From assembly GCF_009914755.1 (NCBI RefSeq), contig NC_060938.1: 64,000 nucleotides of DNA; one strand, 5' to 3'. Made by a program: the position numbers and the translations under genes. The notes beneath the pieces are model-generated. The model made no database searches. It was not told the DNA's origin and saw only the letters and a program-made list of their open reading frames with translations. Numbering within the stretch: the first letter of the stretch is position 1; every line of letters starts with the position of its first letter. Origin of the DNA: the human T2T-CHM13v2.0 reference genome, Homo sapiens. Below are positions 1 to 12,393 of this stretch, piece after piece.

Positions 1-392
1 ATTAGAAAGACTTAAAATACCAAGTGTTAAGGAGATGGTGAAAAAATGGGAAATCTCATATATTGATGAATATTAAAAATATTATAATAAGCAAAAGAAA
101 TCAGATACAAAAGAGTAGATGCTTAATTATTCCCCTTACATAAAATTTTAGAAACTGGAAAATTTGTATGGTGATTGATAGAAAGCAGACGAGTTATTGT
201 CTGGGGACTGGCGGTAGAGAGAAGGAATGACTACTAAAAGAGGAAATTTGGGAGTGATGCCAGTGTTGTTTGTCATGATTGTGGCTGGGGTTCTGTAGGT
301 GTGCATGCCTATCAAACTTTAGTTCTACATGTTAAATGGTGCAGTTGATTATATATATGTCAAATATACCTCAATACAGTTTGTTTCAAAAA
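1..392 (+). mobile_element. Old L1 (L1ME/L1MC-type) 3' end fragment
   Basis: Typical L1M 3' UTR motifs: 'aaagaaatcagatacaaaagagta', 'gtcatgattgtggctgggg', terminal 'tgtcaaatatacctcaataca'. Confidence 0.75.
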
Positions 393-539
393 TATATGGA
401 AAACAAGAAAAACCAAAAGAGGAAACCATTTCTAATGAGGAGACTAGTTCAATTATTCTGAAGTCAAGCCCTGCTAATCAAGGAGGTGAGTAGTTGGAGG
501 GGGAGGAGGGTTTTCAAAGAAAAGAGAGGAAAGGAACAG

Positions 540-665
540 TCATGTGCTGAGTGCCTACTATGAGACAGAAAATTTACCAATTTACTAAATTTCCACAATA
601 GTGCTCTAAAGGGGGTGCTCTCCCTATCTTAAAGATGAAACAACTGTGTTTTAATACAACTTATA
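540..665 (-). mobile_element. MIR fragment
   Basis: 'tgctgagtgcctactatg...ccctatcttaaagatgaaacaactg' resembles the MIR core. Confidence 0.55.
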
Positions 666-944
666 ACAAGAGTTCACAGAATAGAAAATACTGAGGTTTT
701 TCAGATTTTAAAGATAATGTTATTTGTTACTTCTCACCCATCTTTTTTAACTGCTGTTCGCCAGAATAGTCTGAAAATATTAATGAAAATGGCTCGAAAT
801 AACTGATTTATTTTTATTAGTAAAAGGCCTCATGCAACACAAATAAGTGATCTATAACTTTAGAAAAAAAAGGAGTGAACACAGTTCTTTAAAATTCCTT
901 TTAATTGAATATTAAAATTCAATTGCTTTTGTTCTTATTGCTAG

Positions 945-1161
945 CATTGTTGTGTTGGTGAATGATTAACCACCAGTTCACTGGAAAGACTAAAAAACAA
1001 ACAAACCTGGGTTTGTAGTATTTGACAATTTCCATTGATGTGAATATTTCCAGCAAAGCCAATTTTAAGCTATCAGGTGATGTCACTATACACTGAATTG
1101 GAGAGAACTGCAGGCTGTCGGCTCTCCCCAGCTGATTCAAGCTAGCTCCAATGTATGGCTG
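945..1161 (-). mobile_element. MER63-type hAT (Blackjack) non-autonomous DNA transposon
   Basis: Degenerate TIRs 'cattgttgtgttggt' / 'gctccaatgtatggctg'; internal 'ttttaagctatc..gtcact..actgaattggagaga' matches recalled MER63A reverse strand. Confidence 0.7.
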
Positions 1162-1499
1162 CTTTTTAGCCTATTTAATAAACAGAATGGATTGAGATTT
1201 TTTTTAAAGTTTATTTCACAGCTTTTTTGTTAACAGCAAATTTCTTTGGCAGGTGTTAACGTAAGTTTAGTTTTATGACACTCTTTAATAGATTTTGAAA
1301 CTCATTAGCAGATTTGTGTTACTAACGAGAAAATTTTCCTGATAACAACTTGAGTTTAGTGCATCAACAATACAGGTGACTTCAGTCTTCAAAACATATC
1401 ACTTTATGTAACAGTATGTTTTGAAAATATAATTTCATGCCTTCCTTGACTCATTTTCTTTTACAGCACATTGTCGGTCTTTGAGAAAATCCTAAAGGC

Positions 1500-2272
1500 T
1501 TTACTTTTAACACACACCTCGCTATCTCTCACCACTTTCACTTGTACGGTCATCTGTGCACAACCTATCCTCTGGATTATGGCAATGGGTTCTCAACTTG
1601 TCTCTCTTCTTTCACCCTTGCTCTCTCATCATCAATTCCAAATACAGTCACCAACACTAGATTTCTGAACTCTAAATCTGACCTTGACCAGTGCTCAGCT
1701 CAAATCTCACTGACGGTTCTGCATCACATTTATGGTTGAAGGCAAGGTTCTGACCTTGACCTACAATGATGCCTTACATGATTGTAGCACCACTTAGCTC
1801 TCTAGCTTTACTTTCTGTTACTCTTCCCCACCACTGACTTCCCCAGCCATGCTATTCTCCAAATGCTTCTGACACTTTCTGCCCTAGGCTGTTTCCTCTG
1901 ACAGGAATTCTCTTCTGGCAGATTTTTACATAGTTCACATCTTCATTTCCTTTATGTCTTTGGTCAAACATCACTTTTTCAGTGGAAACTCAGCCTCTAC
2001 TTTCACTACTGTCGTTCAGATTGCACACTACCAGCCTATTCCTACCCTGCTCCTGCCCCCTGCACTTCCTATTCTCCTCCCTTGCTTTACCCCCACAACA
2101 TTAGTGCCTTCTAATGCCTGTAAGATTTACTCCTTTATTTTATAGTCTGCGTCCTATTTCCTCATTGTAATATAAGCTCTGTAAGGGCAGTGGGTTTTGC
2201 CTGTGTAGAATTCCTAGAACAATATCTTAAACCTCATAGATGTTCAATACCATTTCTTAATGAGTGAATATA
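1500..2272 (+). mobile_element. L2 3' fragment
   Basis: 'ctggattatggcaatggg', 'ttgacctacaatgatgccttacatgat', 'taatataagctctgtaagggcag', terminal 'ttcaata..aatgagtgaat' are L2 3' hallmarks. Confidence 0.75.
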
Positions 2273-2834
2273 AATGTTCACATTAAATGACCATGCATTT
2301 AGGGAACAACTTACTGTGATCCCTGTCTGTTAAATTAGAGTACTGCTTTCTCCTGAAGGGAAATCTTTAATAAAAACCGTTTGTCCAGAAAGAAAAAGAT
2401 CTGCCCAAACCTCTATTACTGAAAATGGAGCAGAAAACAATTATAAAAGATTGAATTACTACTATAGGATTTTATACATGATACAAATAATTGTTGAGAC
2501 TCTTCTGAATATCTAGAAATTACTTGCTGAATTTAAAAGGTTTATCTTAGCCTATACGTTATATATGGATATCATTGATGTCATCAAATATTCTAATGTA
2601 AATATAACTTTATTAGCAGTTTTTTTTAAACAATGCATAGAGCTGCGTGTGTGATACATGAGCTGTGAGAGGCTATAGCACATGATTCATACGGTTAAGA
2701 AACATTAGAGAATGCACATGCAAATTACGAGAAAATCAATAATGTCCAATATCACCTGCTAGTGCCACATTTTTAAATATGAAAAGGAATGTAGGGAGAA
2801 AGTTAGGAATGTGGAAAGCCATAGAAACAGAGTA

Positions 2835-3117
2835 AAGTTGTCCCTCTGTATCCTTGGGGAATTGGTTCCAGGATCTCCCCAGGGATACCAAAATCCAAGA
2901 ATGCTTAAATTCCTTATATAAAATGGTGTAGCATTTGCATATAACCTACACACATCCTTCCATAAACTTTAAATCATCTCTAGATTACTTATAATACTTT
3001 GTACACTGTAAATGCTACGTACACTGTTGTTATATTATTTTTTATTTTATTATTTTTTATGGTATTTTAAAATGTAATTATTTTTAAAATATTTTTAATC
3101 CACAGTTGGACCGACTG
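2835..3117 (+). mobile_element. MER2 (TcMar-Tigger) DNA transposon
   Basis: 'gtccctctgtatccttggggaattggttccagga...gataccaaaatcc...catctctagattacttataatac'; ends 'ccgactg'; TA before the 5' end. Confidence 0.85.
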
Positions 3118-3588
3118 TGACATTTGGGGAAGCCCCACAGAACAGGTGGGTGTTACGCTGAGACTTTAGCAACTTCCTGTCACATGTGGAACAACCCGAA
3201 AAAAATTAGCCTTGATAAAACACTGTACCCTTAGATTGTATTCTCTGAAAACCAGCAACTTGATTGACTTAGTAGTAAGGGATCCTATATATTCATTTAT
3301 CATTTTACTTAAAAGTAATTTTTGATTTTTAACATTATTAAGACAAGGAGTTGATCAGTTGAGAATGATGAGATTCTTCCTTCTAGGTGAGGAATATTTT
3401 CTCTTTATTTTCTACAGGCAGTTATATAAAATACACTTCCAGGAGGACTGAGCAATGCAGATTTGCACAATGCCAGGTTCCACAGGATTTCAGGGGCCCT
3501 AATACCAAATAGAGTCGTGATGGAAACTGATTTCTTTAAAACCAGAGAATTTTTCCTGTGAGTAGGGATGAGTGAATAGTCTTGCATT

Positions 3589-3964
3589 TGTGTATCAAAG
3601 TTCATCCAGAAAAACACAAGTAAGAGATATATATTAAGAGATTTACTACAAGATATTGGGTTATGAGATCATAGGCAGTTCCAAAAACCACAGGGCAGGC
3701 TGGCAGGAATAACAGGCTGATGCTACAGTCTGTAAGTGGAATTCCTTTTTCTGAAAAATCTCATTTCTGCTCTCAAAACCTTTCAACTGATTGAATCAGG
3801 CCCACTTAGATTTTCTGGAGTAAGCTACTTTACTTAAAGTTAACTAATTATGTACATCAATCACATCTACAAAACATCTTCACAGCGACCCCTATATTAG
3901 TGTTTGATTGGATAACTGGAAACCTGTAGCCTAAACAAGTTGACACAAACATCTGACTATCACA
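3589..3964 (-). mobile_element. MLT2 (ERVL) solo LTR
   Basis: Ends 'caagttgacaca..ctatcaca' (reverse of MLT2 start TGTGATGGTTAATTTTATGTGTCAACTTG); internal 'cctttcaactgattgaatcaggcccac'. Confidence 0.8.
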
Positions 3965-5360
3965 AGTACAGACTGATCTTTCAGTCTGTTTCTTTCTCTT
4001 TCTCTCCCTCTGCCTGCCTGTGTTATCCCTTTTGGTGGCTTAGCATTCAATGCTGCATTTTTGAAATTATATATTTATTTTTAACTAGAATCTTTATTGT
4101 CAGTGTCTTTTCTACTTTTTAAAAACTCATTATTACAATTACATAGCATCCTGCAATAAATTCTGTAGTCATGGCAATTGTACTTATTGGCAAGCTTTAG
4201 TTTTCTGTTCCTCATTTTACAATTCAATGGTTGCTACTCAAGGATGTACTTCAGCATCAGCCAGAATTGGTGCCTTGGAATTCATACTTTTAATAAAATA
4301 CTCCCCAGATTATGCTGATATATAGTTGGTGCTAAGAATTGTAGCTATACTTTTATGGCTATTTATCTGTGTTTTCTACTGAAAACAGCAAAATAAACAG
4401 TTTTAATCTTTTATTTTCTTTTTCTTTTTTGTTTGTTTGGTTTTGGTAAGGGTAGGGACTAAATGTTTTTCAGAGCAATCCTTTGCTTAATATGAAACCT
4501 GAAATAGACAGCCATTTTTTTTTTCCAAAGTCAACTTGAAACTACCTGTGAAAATACCAATAAGCACACAGTCTAGCCTTCTCTCACAGCCCAGGGAGGT
4601 TGTCTGCCTATTTAATCTCCAGCATTCTGTATAATGCATAAAATCAAAATCCTTCCCAAGCTGCCAATCAATATTACATTTTCCCAAGAGGGACAATAGC
4701 TAAGGAGGAAGATTTAACTTTATTAAGTAGGAGGAATTTCTCCCCTCGCTGAGCTAAACCATGTGGGGGAATGCATCTGGTACTCTTAGATTGTCAACCC
4801 CTGTCCTATGTTTCCAGCGGTGTGCAGTTGGTTTATAACAGGGCCATGATTTGACCTTTTCATGGAACAACTGCAGATCAGAGCACATAAAGGTCAGTGT
4901 GGCCTGGTAGCATCATGATATGCATTAGCAAAACAACCGGATCACTGTGGGTTTATTTTCTTTTATCTTGATTCTGGAAATCTGTATTTCTTCCATTTAT
5001 ACCTGTGGTTTAAATGTGTAAGGTTTGCCTTAGTTTTTAAAAATTCTTATGTAAAGAAATAAATCCCATGTGACAATGTTTTCAAGTAGTGTTTGTTACA
5101 AGGCAAGTCGTATTTATGTTCAAAATAAGTCAGAAAAGGAAGCATGAAACTCTTCGATGGCAAAACACAGTGTAGTTAATGACTAGCTATTAATTAACAG
5201 GCCCAGGGACCCATCAGGCTGCAACAGCCAAGGGCTAGCTCTTCTAGGAATAACTAGCTTCAGGCATTAATTGCTATTATAATCTATTTTCTCTGATTCA
5301 AAGGAGACCATTGGTTTTTACAGTAACAGAAGATAATAACTAGCTAATTGGGTAAACTCT

Positions 5361-5440
5361 TTGAACTCCTGGCCTCAAGCAATCCTCCAGCTTTGGCCTC
5401 CCAAAGTGCTGGGATTATAGGCATGAGCCACCAGCCCTGC
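5361..5440 (-). mobile_element. Alu/FLAM left-arm fragment
   Basis: 'ttgaactcctggcctcaagcaatcctcc..ggcctcccaaagtgctgggatta..ggcatgagccacc'. Confidence 0.9.
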
Positions 5441-5708
5441 TGAAAGCCATACTTTATATGCTAATTTATTGAAGATTTCATCACCAGTTTTCCAAAAATA
5501 GACTTCAGTGACTAATGGAGAAGTTATCTCTGCATTACAGATTTGTTGAGAAACAAATTACTTAATTTACTTCTGAAACGTGCTGCCAATCACAAATTTC
5601 CATCCATATATAAAGGGTGGTGCTAATGATAATAAAAATGCTAGAAAAGGCCTTTTGCAGGGAAGCAGAGAACCCTCTCTAATGACTCCCATCATTTTGG
5701 TGCATCAC

Positions 5709-6720
5709 TATTTAACAAAGATATTGGCCTGTAGTTTTCTTTTTTTTGATGTGTCTTTGTTTGGTATTTATATCAGGGTAATACTGGCCTCATAGAATGA
5801 GTTTAGAAGTATTCAAGTATTCCCTTCTCCTCTGTTTTTTGGAATAGTTTGAATAGGATTAGTATTAGTTCTTCTTTATATGTTTGGTAGAATTCAGGGA
5901 AGCCACCATGTCCCTGGCTTTTACAGGGAAGCCACCAGGTCCTGAGCCCTTTATTGGGAGACTTTTTATTATGGCTTCCATCTTGCTACTTGTTACTGAT
6001 CAATTCAGGTTTTGGATGTCTTCAGGGTTCAATTTTGGTAGGTTGTATGTATTTAGGAATTTGTTCATTTCTTCTAGATTTTCCAATTTATTGGCATGTA
6101 GTTGCTCATAGTGACCGCTAATAATCATGTGAATTACTGCAGTATTAGTTATAATGTCTCCTTTTTCATTTCTGATTTATTTGTATCTTCTCTTTTTTCT
6201 TAGTCTGACAAAAGGTTTGTCAATTTTGTTTAACTTTTTAAAAAACTAACTTCTCTTTCATTGATCTTTTTTATTGTTTTCTTCATCTCAATTTAATTTC
6301 TTTTTTGCTCTGATTTTTATTATTTATTTTCTACTTATTTTGGGTTTGGTTTTCTCTTGCTTTTCTAGTTCTTTAAGATGCATCATTAGATTTTTTTTAA
6401 GTGTCTCTTCTTTTTTGATGTATGCACATATAAACTTCCCTCATAGTACTAGTTTTGCTGTATCCCATAGATTTAGGTATGTTTTGTTTCCATTATCATT
6501 TGTTTCAATAATTTTTTCAATTCCTTCTTAATTTCTTCATTGACTCACTGGTCGTTCAGGAGTATATTATTTAATTTCCATGTATTTTTGTAGTTCAAAA
6601 ATTCCTCATTATTAATTTATAGTTTTATTCCATTGTGGTCTGAAAAGATGCTTATATTATCTCAAGTTTTTTGAATGTTTTAAGACTTGTTTTGTAACCT
6701 AACCTATGACCTGTCCTTGA
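5709..6720 (-). mobile_element. L1 ORF2 internal fragment (old primate/L1M), decayed
   Basis: Antisense ORF2 motifs 'gatattggcctgtagttttct', 'ggcctcatagaatgagttt', 'ttcttctagattttcc', 'gtatcccatagattt'. Confidence 0.9.
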
Positions 6721-7289
6721 AGTTTCAGCCATACACCTCAGTTGATAATCTTTTATTCATTTAAATAGACACACTTTGAGTTAGACCTCTGTGTGAGCTA
6801 ACAAATTAGAAAACGTACACAGAATATTATTTCAAGGAGCACATACCCTTGAAGATACAATTGAGGAAAACAACTAGCTAGGAAAAAGATATTGGCTATA
6901 ACATATGATTCAAAGTGTATAATGAGCATGTTGTAGGACAAAAATATCTTGGTTTTGGATAGCAGGCCTAACATTAAGGCTGATCCAAGTCAATGAGCCT
7001 GCAGCTTGTCCACTTTGCTAATCCCTTTTACATAAAATTAAATAAGAACACAAAATTGTGAATACACAATTTCTGCATCCTCAGAATCTTCAGAATCTTA
7101 GAAGGAACTGTGCAAATGGGGAATTCTGGAGCTTAATTCTCATGGTAACTCTACTCTTGCTGTGTAGCAAACACTGCCCTGGATTTCTTGAAATAATTTT
7201 CATTCACAAACTCTATTGTATAGTAAGACAGGGGACGCTAGGAATAAATTTTCCTATTTTTTTCTTGTTTGAATAAATGTTAACTCCTC

Positions 7290-8250
7290 ATCTTCACTCC
7301 TACCTCTTTTGCCATGCATCTTCTATTAATTCTCCAAATTACGTCCAAATGATCTTTTCATATCCTAATCAAATCTTAGCACTCCCTTGCTTAAAACTTT
7401 CTAATGGCTTCCGATTATGCTGTGAACTAAACCCTGAAACTTTACAATGACCCACAAAACCTATGTGATCTGCCCTTTCCAGTCTCTGATCTGAGTCCGT
7501 ACAATTCATCCACATGGTCTTGGTTCTAGAAACTGGGCCTTCTCTCCTTCCTTCCTTCCTTCCTTCCTTCCCTCTTTCATCCCTTCCTCCTCTCCCCTCC
7601 CCTTCCTCCCTTCCTCTCGCTTTCCTCCCCTCCTCTCCCTGCCTCTCCTCTCCTATCCTTCTTTGTTTCTTTCTCTCTCTTTTTTCTTTCTTTTCCTTCC
7701 TTCCTTCCTTCCTTCCTTCCTTCCTTCCTTCCTTCCTTCCTTCCTTCCTTCCTCCCTCTCTCTCTTCCTCCCTCCCTCCTTTCCTTCTTTTCCTCATTCT
7801 TTTTTTCCTTTTCTTTCTTTATTTTCTTCCCTTGAATGTGGCAGAGGTATTATTATTGAAGGGCTTTTGAACTTGTTGGTTCTTCTTTCACCTCTAAGAA
7901 GCCACGTATTTTGCATCGTGGCATGGGTGTTTTCTTTTCATCAATTAGATCTCAGCTCAAGTTTTACTTCTTTAGCAACATTTTCTATAACCACACTAAT
8001 GTTGTCCTCTACCCATCTAGTCACTGGTCACTTGCTGTTTCATTCATGTGTTTCATTTCTTTGTAGCTGGAAATAAAAAAATATATATTTTTAAATTCAT
8101 GTAACTTTTCTACTTTTTCCCACTGCAATATAAATTTATGAAGGCAAACACTTTGTCTTCTTTTTCCCTACTATATCTACTGTGCATAGGACACATAGTA
8201 GAGGTTAAATGATTGTTTGATAAAAGATTGGATGAATTACATGAATTGGT
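7290..8250 (+). mobile_element. L2 fragment interrupted by a CT-rich microsatellite
   Basis: 'ccttgcttaaaactttctaatggcttcc', 'tgatctgccct', 'aaatttatgaaggcaaaca', 'acatagtagagg' on both sides of the simple repeat. Confidence 0.7.
7539..7832 (+). repeat. Polypyrimidine compound microsatellite (CCTT)n/(CT)-rich
   Basis: Directly visible, about 290 bp. Confidence 0.97.
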
Positions 8251-9751
8251 TTATTATTAAGAGTGCCAGAATATAGAAAAAGTACCCTACTGGGTCACGT
8301 CTATTATCCGTCTACTTTAGTCCTCAATGGAATGTATTGCTGTGCTCCCTTTTTAAAATCATCCTCACTGACTGACATGTGCAGGTTCATATTCTAATTT
8401 ATTATAATTTCTCTTAAGCAACATTTAATGAATTTATAATACAGTCTGGAACACAGTCTTTCTTCTTTCTTTTTTTTTTCCCCCAGAGAATGAACAGTTC
8501 ACTAACAGAAAAGAGAGAGAGTTCAGTAATCTCTACATGACCCAACATGGTTTTGGAGATTCAAAATACAATATTCTGTATTTCAAATTCTAGCCTCTTC
8601 TGGACTTACATTAGCTTTTTCAGGGATGATCTCATTCAAAATGTATTTTGCTGCATGATTTGAGCTGAACGTTTCAAAATTCTTCAGTACATTCCAAAAT
8701 TGGTATTTATTCAGCAGGATAAAAAGGAAATGCTTGCCTAAGATCAATTCTTACCAAACCTTTTGAATTTTGGTTGCAAAAACCAAAATCAATCATTGCC
8801 GTAAAACCTTCAGGATAGATTTCCTTTTCTCATTGCATCTCCAGTCATTACTTAATGGCTGAATGTGCAGCTGGGACCAGCTAAGCCAGGGAGAGCTTGT
8901 GATCCTTTAATTCTCACAAAAGCATTTTGTATGGATCAGGTTCATTTTGCTTGTCTACACTCTCTATGGTTGTAATGCTCTATAATTTTTATTTTCCTTC
9001 TCTCCATATTCTACTTAACACACCACTCACTCTCAAGGGAACTGTAGTGAAGAAGACAAAGCAATATTTCTTTAAAAGAAAATGTTTCAATTGCCTAGTA
9101 CAGGCTGCTTACATTGTATTATCTTCTGCTTTTTAAAATTTTCTTATTGTTCTTTGTCCCTGTAAATTGCATATGACCTTATGTGACTAAGTTTTAATTC
9201 TTTAATTTTAATGGGAAAATATGTGGAATTATTATGCAAAGAAAAATCACAAAAGCAAAATACAATCTAGGAACAGAAAAATCAGTCAAAGAAGTATATA
9301 GCTCATGATTAAATAAACTGCTAAAGAAATCAAGAATGATGTTGACACACATATTGTAATTAAGGGTTTAATTAATTAAACACAATTATTATGTTTTGTC
9401 ATAATGCTACTGAAATCATACACTTAGTTGAAATAGTTATGGCAGCAGAAAAATATCATGAAATTTTATTTAAAATGACAATGTAGATATGCAATATTTC
9501 TGTTTTCAATAAACAGCCCCCCCCCTTGATTTCTCTCTCTCTCTCTCCTAGATTTTAGTATAAATAAATTACAACTCATGGCCCTTTAAAACTATTTAAA
9601 ATCAGTCAAAAGAATGAAAGTTATACTTTTTAATAAGAATGGAAAAGGTAACCATCTTGGAGAATGGAAGCTTTTATAACATGTCTACAAACAACACAAC
9701 TGATTAATTTTCATTTTCACAATCATTTATTGAAAGTCTATATATACTTCT

Positions 9752-10050
9752 GGTCAGGCACAATGGCTCATGCCTATAATCCTAGCACTTTGGGAGGCCA
9801 AGGTCGGTGGATGGCTTGAGCTCAGGAGTTCGAGACCAGCCTGAGCACCATGGTGAAAACTCCCTATCTACCAGAAAACAGAAAATTTAGCCGGGCGTGG
9901 TGGTGCGTAGTCCCAACTTGGGGGTTGGTAGTCCCCATCTTGAGGGTGCTGAGGTGGGAGGATCACTTGAGCCTGGGAGGTGGCGGTTTCAGTGAGCCAA
10001 GGTTGGGCCATTGCACTCCATCCTACCTGGGTGACAAAGTGAAATGCTGT
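9752..10050 (+). mobile_element. AluJ element
   Basis: Full dimer; J-type diagnostics 'ttgagctcaggagttcgagaccagcctg' and 'ggaggatcacttgagcctgggagg'. Confidence 0.92.
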
Positions 10051-10283
10051 GAAAGAGAGAAGAGAAGAGAAGAGAAGAGAAGAGAAGAGAAGAGAAGAGA
10101 AGAGAAGAGAGGGAGGGTGGGAAGAAGGAAGGAAGGAAGGAAGGAAAGAAGGAAGGAAGGAGAGAAAGAAAGAGAAAGAAAGAAGAAAGAAAGGGGAGTG
10201 AAAGGAGGGAAGGGAGGAAGGAAGGCAGGAAGGAAGGAAGAAAGGAAGGAAGGAAGGAAGTCAGGCTGGAAGGAAGGAAGGAA
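10051..10283 (+). repeat. Polypurine microsatellite (GAGAA)n/(GGAA)n in place of the Alu tail
   Basis: Directly visible. Confidence 0.97.
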
Positions 10284-11515
10284 GTCATCTATATATGTTT
10301 TAGAGAAAATATAAACATTCCTGGAGCTTCATTGATTGTGTTTTATTTTTTATATTCCATATAAAAATATTTGTCATATATTTCCTTACTAAACAGATTT
10401 TAATTTGATTTCATAGTTCTATTTTTGAAAACCAATATCTACTACCTGCTGCCATGCTATTTAAACTCACACAAATCTTGGAAGATCTGTTCAGGCTGGC
10501 ATATTTTAGGTGAAATTTTGCAACTGCTAAATGATTATACCATAGGACTGGAAAGAGGTATATTCTTAATAAAATAAAAGCAATAGAATAAAGCCAAGCT
10601 ATGCTGAACAATGCTGCAGGACTTGTTATTGCAAGGGAGTGGATTGTTAAACAAAATAAAAATAATAATTTCATTCTAGCCTTATTTTTTTTTAAATGTG
10701 AAGATGAAAGGTAATTTATATCAAGTGGAGAAAAACAAAAACTTGACACTTGGCAGTATAGAGCTATAAAATCGCCTCTTTTATTTTTCTATCTAATACA
10801 AAAATTTTATAAGAGAAACAAATTTGTATAAAGTTGAGGCTTTTGCCTTACAGAATAAAGAAAGGAAAAATACTACAACAATCTTTAAGAAAAGCTACAT
10901 ATTTTGATCCTTTGTTAAAGACTTTTCAAACAGGATAGAAGATAGAAAACCAGGCTCTCCCTAAGAATATTAATGAAGAGGGTAAAAATATGCATTCCTG
11001 CTGGACATGAGTCGAAGTAAAAATTTAATACAATGCACCGTATCTCTTAGCCTAACAATCAAACCTTGACAAACATTCAGTTACACATGTTTCTGTGCAT
11101 GTGTATGCATGCTTGGGAGCACGTGTTTCCCTACAAAATACATGAGGAAGTTTGCATAAGCATTTTAAACAAATAACCCAATTGTAGAGATACTTAAAGA
11201 ACACCTGAGTACCTCTGAAACATTTAAATTGATTATATTCTATTTACTTTTTTATATTTTGAGAGCAAAGAGACTTGCCTAATATGAATTTTGGTGACAG
11301 AAAACAGCTTTGTTATTAGTACTAAATTCAGTGGAATGGGTTATTTACAGCTTAATTTCAGGGTAGTAATTCTGTTGTCAAAACTATCTCTCAAAACTTT
11401 ATAGTTTATTATCTTAACTTTTATGACATTCACAATGGCCTGAATATTTTTGTATTATACTGTTTGTTTTTCTTTAGACTAAGTTTATTTATTTTCCCCT
11501 TGAAGGTTGTGTTTT

Positions 11516-11573
11516 ATATACATATATACATACATACATACATAAATACATGCATACATACATACATACATAT
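11516..11573. repeat. (TACA)n microsatellite
   Basis: Directly visible. Confidence 0.9.
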
Positions 11574-11958
11574 TGTATTAGTCTGTTCTCACACTGCTAT
11601 AAAGAACTGCCTGAGACTGGGTAATTTATAAAGGAGAGAGGTTTAACTGACTCACAGTTCCGCATGGCTGGGGAGGCCTCTGGAGACTTACAATCATGGT
11701 GGAATGGGAAGCAAACACATCCTTCTTCACATGATGGCAGGAGAGAGAAGAATGAGAAATGAGTGAAGGGGAAGCCCCTTATAAAGCCATCAGATCTTAT
11801 GAGGACTCACTCACTATCATAAGAACAGCAGTGTTGTTGAATCATGAACACCCCCATGATTCAATTACCTCCCACTGGGTCCCTCCCATGACACATGGGG
11901 ATTATCAAAACTACAATTCAGGATGAGATTTGGGTTGGGACATAGCCAAACCATATCA
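11574..11958 (-). mobile_element. THE1 (MaLR) solo LTR, THE1C-like
   Basis: 'tgtattagtctgttctcacactgct...gagatttgggttgggacatagccaaaccatatca'; flanks catat/cgtgt. Confidence 0.93.
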
Positions 11959-12029
11959 CGTGTGTGTGTGTGTGTGTATCTGGATTATTGGATGGAATCA
12001 GGTTTCTGAATCAGGTTTTATTTCATCAG

Positions 12030-12393
12030 TGTATTTAGTCTGTTCTCACACTGCTATAAAGAACTGCCCAAGACTGGGTAATTCATAAAGAAAATAGGTT
12101 TAATTGACTCACAGTTCCGCATGGCTGGGGAGACCTCAGGAAGCTTAAAATTATGGTGGAAGGAGAAACAGGCACGTCTCACCTGGCAGCAGGTAAGAGA
12201 GAACAAAAAGCCTACGAGAAACTGCCATTTATTAAACCATTGGATCTTGTGAGAACTCCCTCGCTATCAAGAGAGCAGCATGGGAGAAACGTCACCCATG
12301 ATCCAGTCACCTCCCACCAGATTCTTCCCTCGACACTTGGGGATTACAATTAGTGGTGAGATTTGGGTGGGGACAAAGAGCCAAACCATATCA
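12030..12393 (-). mobile_element. THE1 (MaLR) solo LTR, THE1D-like
   Basis: Same termini; perfect 5-bp TSD ATCAG at 12025-12029 and 12394-12398. Confidence 0.95.

Noticed and set aside
7369-8076. Long ORFs of 118-142 aa (LPSF/RKEG repeats)
   Set aside because: Translations of the (CCTT)n microsatellite.
9850-10314. 154-aa ORF, the longest in the window
   Set aside because: AluJ right arm read into the GA microsatellite.
11574-12393. Single THE1 provirus with a deleted interior
   Set aside because: The second LTR has its own TSD, the two LTRs differ in diagnostic segments, and the spacer is not internal sequence.
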